Source: Tubiluchus corallicola
Lineage: Eukaryota > Animalia > Priapulida
Reading direction: 5' to 3'
Assembly: GCA_030141605.1 (NCBI GenBank)
Contig: JAQGDQ010001443.1
Location: forward strand, 19,931-40,834
Length of the DNA stretch: 20,904 nt
Below, piece by piece: positions 1 to 20,904 of the stretch (position 1 is its first letter; every line of letters begins with the position of its first letter). The position numbers and the translations under genes were made by a program. A model generated the notes under the pieces. It saw only the letters and a list, made by a program, of their open reading frames with translations, was not told the DNA's origin and did no database searches.

Positions 1-446
1 GTGGATAGGTAGTAAATAATACGTAATGATAAAAAACATTTCGGCATTTATAACTTATTCCAAGATATAAATTTTGTATTTTAGATTATCACAAAAATGA
101 GAAACCATATTTTCCTTAAACGCTTATCAAAAGATATAATTGAGATATCTAGCTTTCTAAGAAGCAGACAATAAGATGATATTCTTAATGGTACGTGTAA
201 TTAAAATAATAATTAAAAATACATTTAACAAGTTTAATAGTTTTCATTTTTATACAATTGGGCAAACAATAAGTCAGAAACCGGCATTCAGCGCCTACAC
301 AATTCAAATGTTTGTGGCAAGACAGGAACCTGATTCGCTATATTTAGCTGTGCCTCTCAGATGAGCCACTGAACCAGCAGAAGTGTCTCAGATATATGTA
401 CATCCTTTCTCTATGAGGTGAACAGCCAGAATCAGTATGGCAAATG
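1..446 (+). repeat. Left arm of long inverted repeat (pairs with 19842-20288; may extend beyond window start)
   Basis: Reverse complement of 19842-20288. Two differences seen by eye: A5/A6 run near 93 and T/C at ~414. The same 62-aa ORF is reported at 176+ and 19924-. Confidence 0.95.
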
Positions 447-682
447 AAACTGCCACGAGCGAGCATTGAAGTAGTTCACCTATCCAATAAGTGAGCAGCC
501 TCGGCGCCATTCTTAACCACAGTACCCGAGAGTGGAGCTGTGACAACTCGGCTATGCACCTTGCCTCTTCAAACAGTAATATTTACCAAGTCTGTTGGCC
601 GTCAGAACTTATCAAATATAAAGAACATTGCAAACAGAACTGGTTTGAATGTCACAGCACCGAAAATTAATTAGCTAATTAC

Positions 683-19668
<18,986 letters not shown>

Positions 19669-19781
19669 CTGAAGGAAAATAAACAGTTACATCAAACTCA
19701 AAGAAAGACAGGATGATTTTTCATATTCCACCCCATTTTCAAGTCCTGTAAAAAGTACAAATCCTAACATAATTAATACTG

Positions 19782-19830
19782 CAAAGCCGGCCTTAAGCAT
19801 AGGCAAACTAGGCAACCGCCTAGGGCCTCA
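19782..19830. mobile_element. Possible degenerate hAT-MITE terminus next to the right inverted-repeat arm
   Basis: caaagccggccttaagcataggcaaactaggcaaccgcctagggc resembles CAGGGCCGGCC-type ends; partner not seen. Confidence 0.35.
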
Positions 19831-19841
19831 CGCCGAGGTAA

Positions 19842-20288
19842 CATTTGCCATACTGATTCTGGCTGTTCACCTCGTAGAGAAAGGATGTACATATATCTGA
19901 GACACTTCTGCTGGTTCAGTGGCTCATCTGAGAGGCACAGCTAAATATAGCGAATCAGGTTCCTGTCTTGCCACAAACATTTGAATTGTGTAGGCGCTGA
20001 ATGCCGGTTTCTGACTTATTGTTTGCCCAATTGTATAAAAATGAAAACTATTAAACTTGTTAAATGTATTTTTAATTATTATTTTAATTACACGTACCAT
20101 TAAGAATATCATCTTATTGTCTGCTTCTTAGAAAGCTAGATATCTCAATTATATCTTTTGATAAGCGTTTAAGGAAAATATGGTTTCTCATTTTTTGTGA
20201 TAATCTAAAATACAAAATTTATATCTTGGAATAAGTTATAAATGCCGAAATGTTTTTTATCATTACGTATTATTTACTACCTATCCAC
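19842..20288 (-). repeat. Right arm of long inverted repeat (pairs with 1-446)
   Basis: catttgccatactgattc...tatttactacctatccac is the reverse complement of positions 1-446. Confidence 0.95.
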
Positions 20289-20721
20289 TTGCAAACCAGT
20301 CCCACTTTTCTTAACTTTTGAGAAAATGCATAGAATAGAAGTATGGAAAACATGTCTTATGTGACATTTCACGCTGACGCCTCATAAGAAATTTTCCGGA
20401 TGGAATTGCTCGTGAACAATTCTGCCACCAGCTAGAAGCTATGCGTCCTCCTCACGAGGAAAACTGTCGCATTGTAGAAACACTGCATGTTATATTTTCG
20501 TCAGGATTACTCGCAGAATTTATCCTAAAATTTAACAACTTAATTACTTCGTTCATGCTGCATTTTTAAGTTGTGCCGATCACAAATACAATTGGCAGCA
20601 GCAGTACGTCACCCATTCAGTAAGTTAACCGACGCGTTTTTGTTTAACTTGTGCCATTGCAAAAATAAGCCCCTTTACGTCGTGCCACCACGGTTTGGAT
20701 CGACAGTAGTATAGGTTTTAC

Positions 20722-20904
20722 ATGTCAAATGTAGACCTGCGTTAACTCAAATGTAGATTTAGGTAATTCAAATGTGTCTTGGTAACTCAAATGTAGACTT
20801 GGTAGTTCAAATGTGTTAACAATGGTTTTCAATAAATCTTGAGCGCTTTTGGTAAATCAAATGTAGACACATGTCAAGTCAAATGTGACATTGGTATCTC
20901 AAAT
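20722..20904. repeat. Degenerate ~20-bp minisatellite with TCAAATGT core, running off the window end
   Basis: About 8 occurrences of tcaaatgt/tcaaat at roughly 19-23-bp spacing, with one longer gap. Confidence 0.75.

Noticed and set aside
176-364. 62-aa ORF duplicated at 19924-20112
   Set aside because: It simply reflects the inverted repeat; no recognisable protein motif or splice context.
430-479. Possible next exon after F (ag|GTGAACTACTTC, VNYFNARSWQFHLPY*)
   Set aside because: It lacks the GYFVHFFAP motif and runs into a stop inside the inverted repeat.

Overview
This is AT-rich eukaryotic (metazoan, probably invertebrate) genomic DNA, not a prokaryotic or phage locus. It carries six consecutive coding exons of a minus-strand inter-alpha-trypsin inhibitor heavy chain (ITIH, VIT-domain)-like gene: 19668-19499, 11891-11796, 10051-9920, 5197-5041, 1546-1456 and 858-683. 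All have GT-AG boundaries and matching phases, and they join into an 822-nt, 274-aa stop-free frame. The first exon and the vWA exons were not found and probably lie outside the window. The introns are packed with non-autonomous transposons whose termini and target-site duplications can be read directly: 3 hAT-like, 2 piggyBac-like, 1 Kolobok-like, 1 Tigger/pogo-like, RTE-clade LINE remnants including a bipartite RTE-derived element, and other LINE 3' ends. They also hold microsatellites and several tandem arrays grown from transposon termini. Three observations stand out. (1) A nearly identical ~447-bp inverted repeat closely brackets the whole six-exon block, a geometry that favours back-splicing into an 822-nt circle with an endless ORF. 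(2) An intronic array of 11 pri-miRNA-sized hairpins, one of which begins exactly at an exon's 5' splice site. (3) Two adjacent phase-2/2 exons that both resemble the same ancestral ITIH exon. Most ORFs in the supplied track are microsatellite or repeat artefacts.
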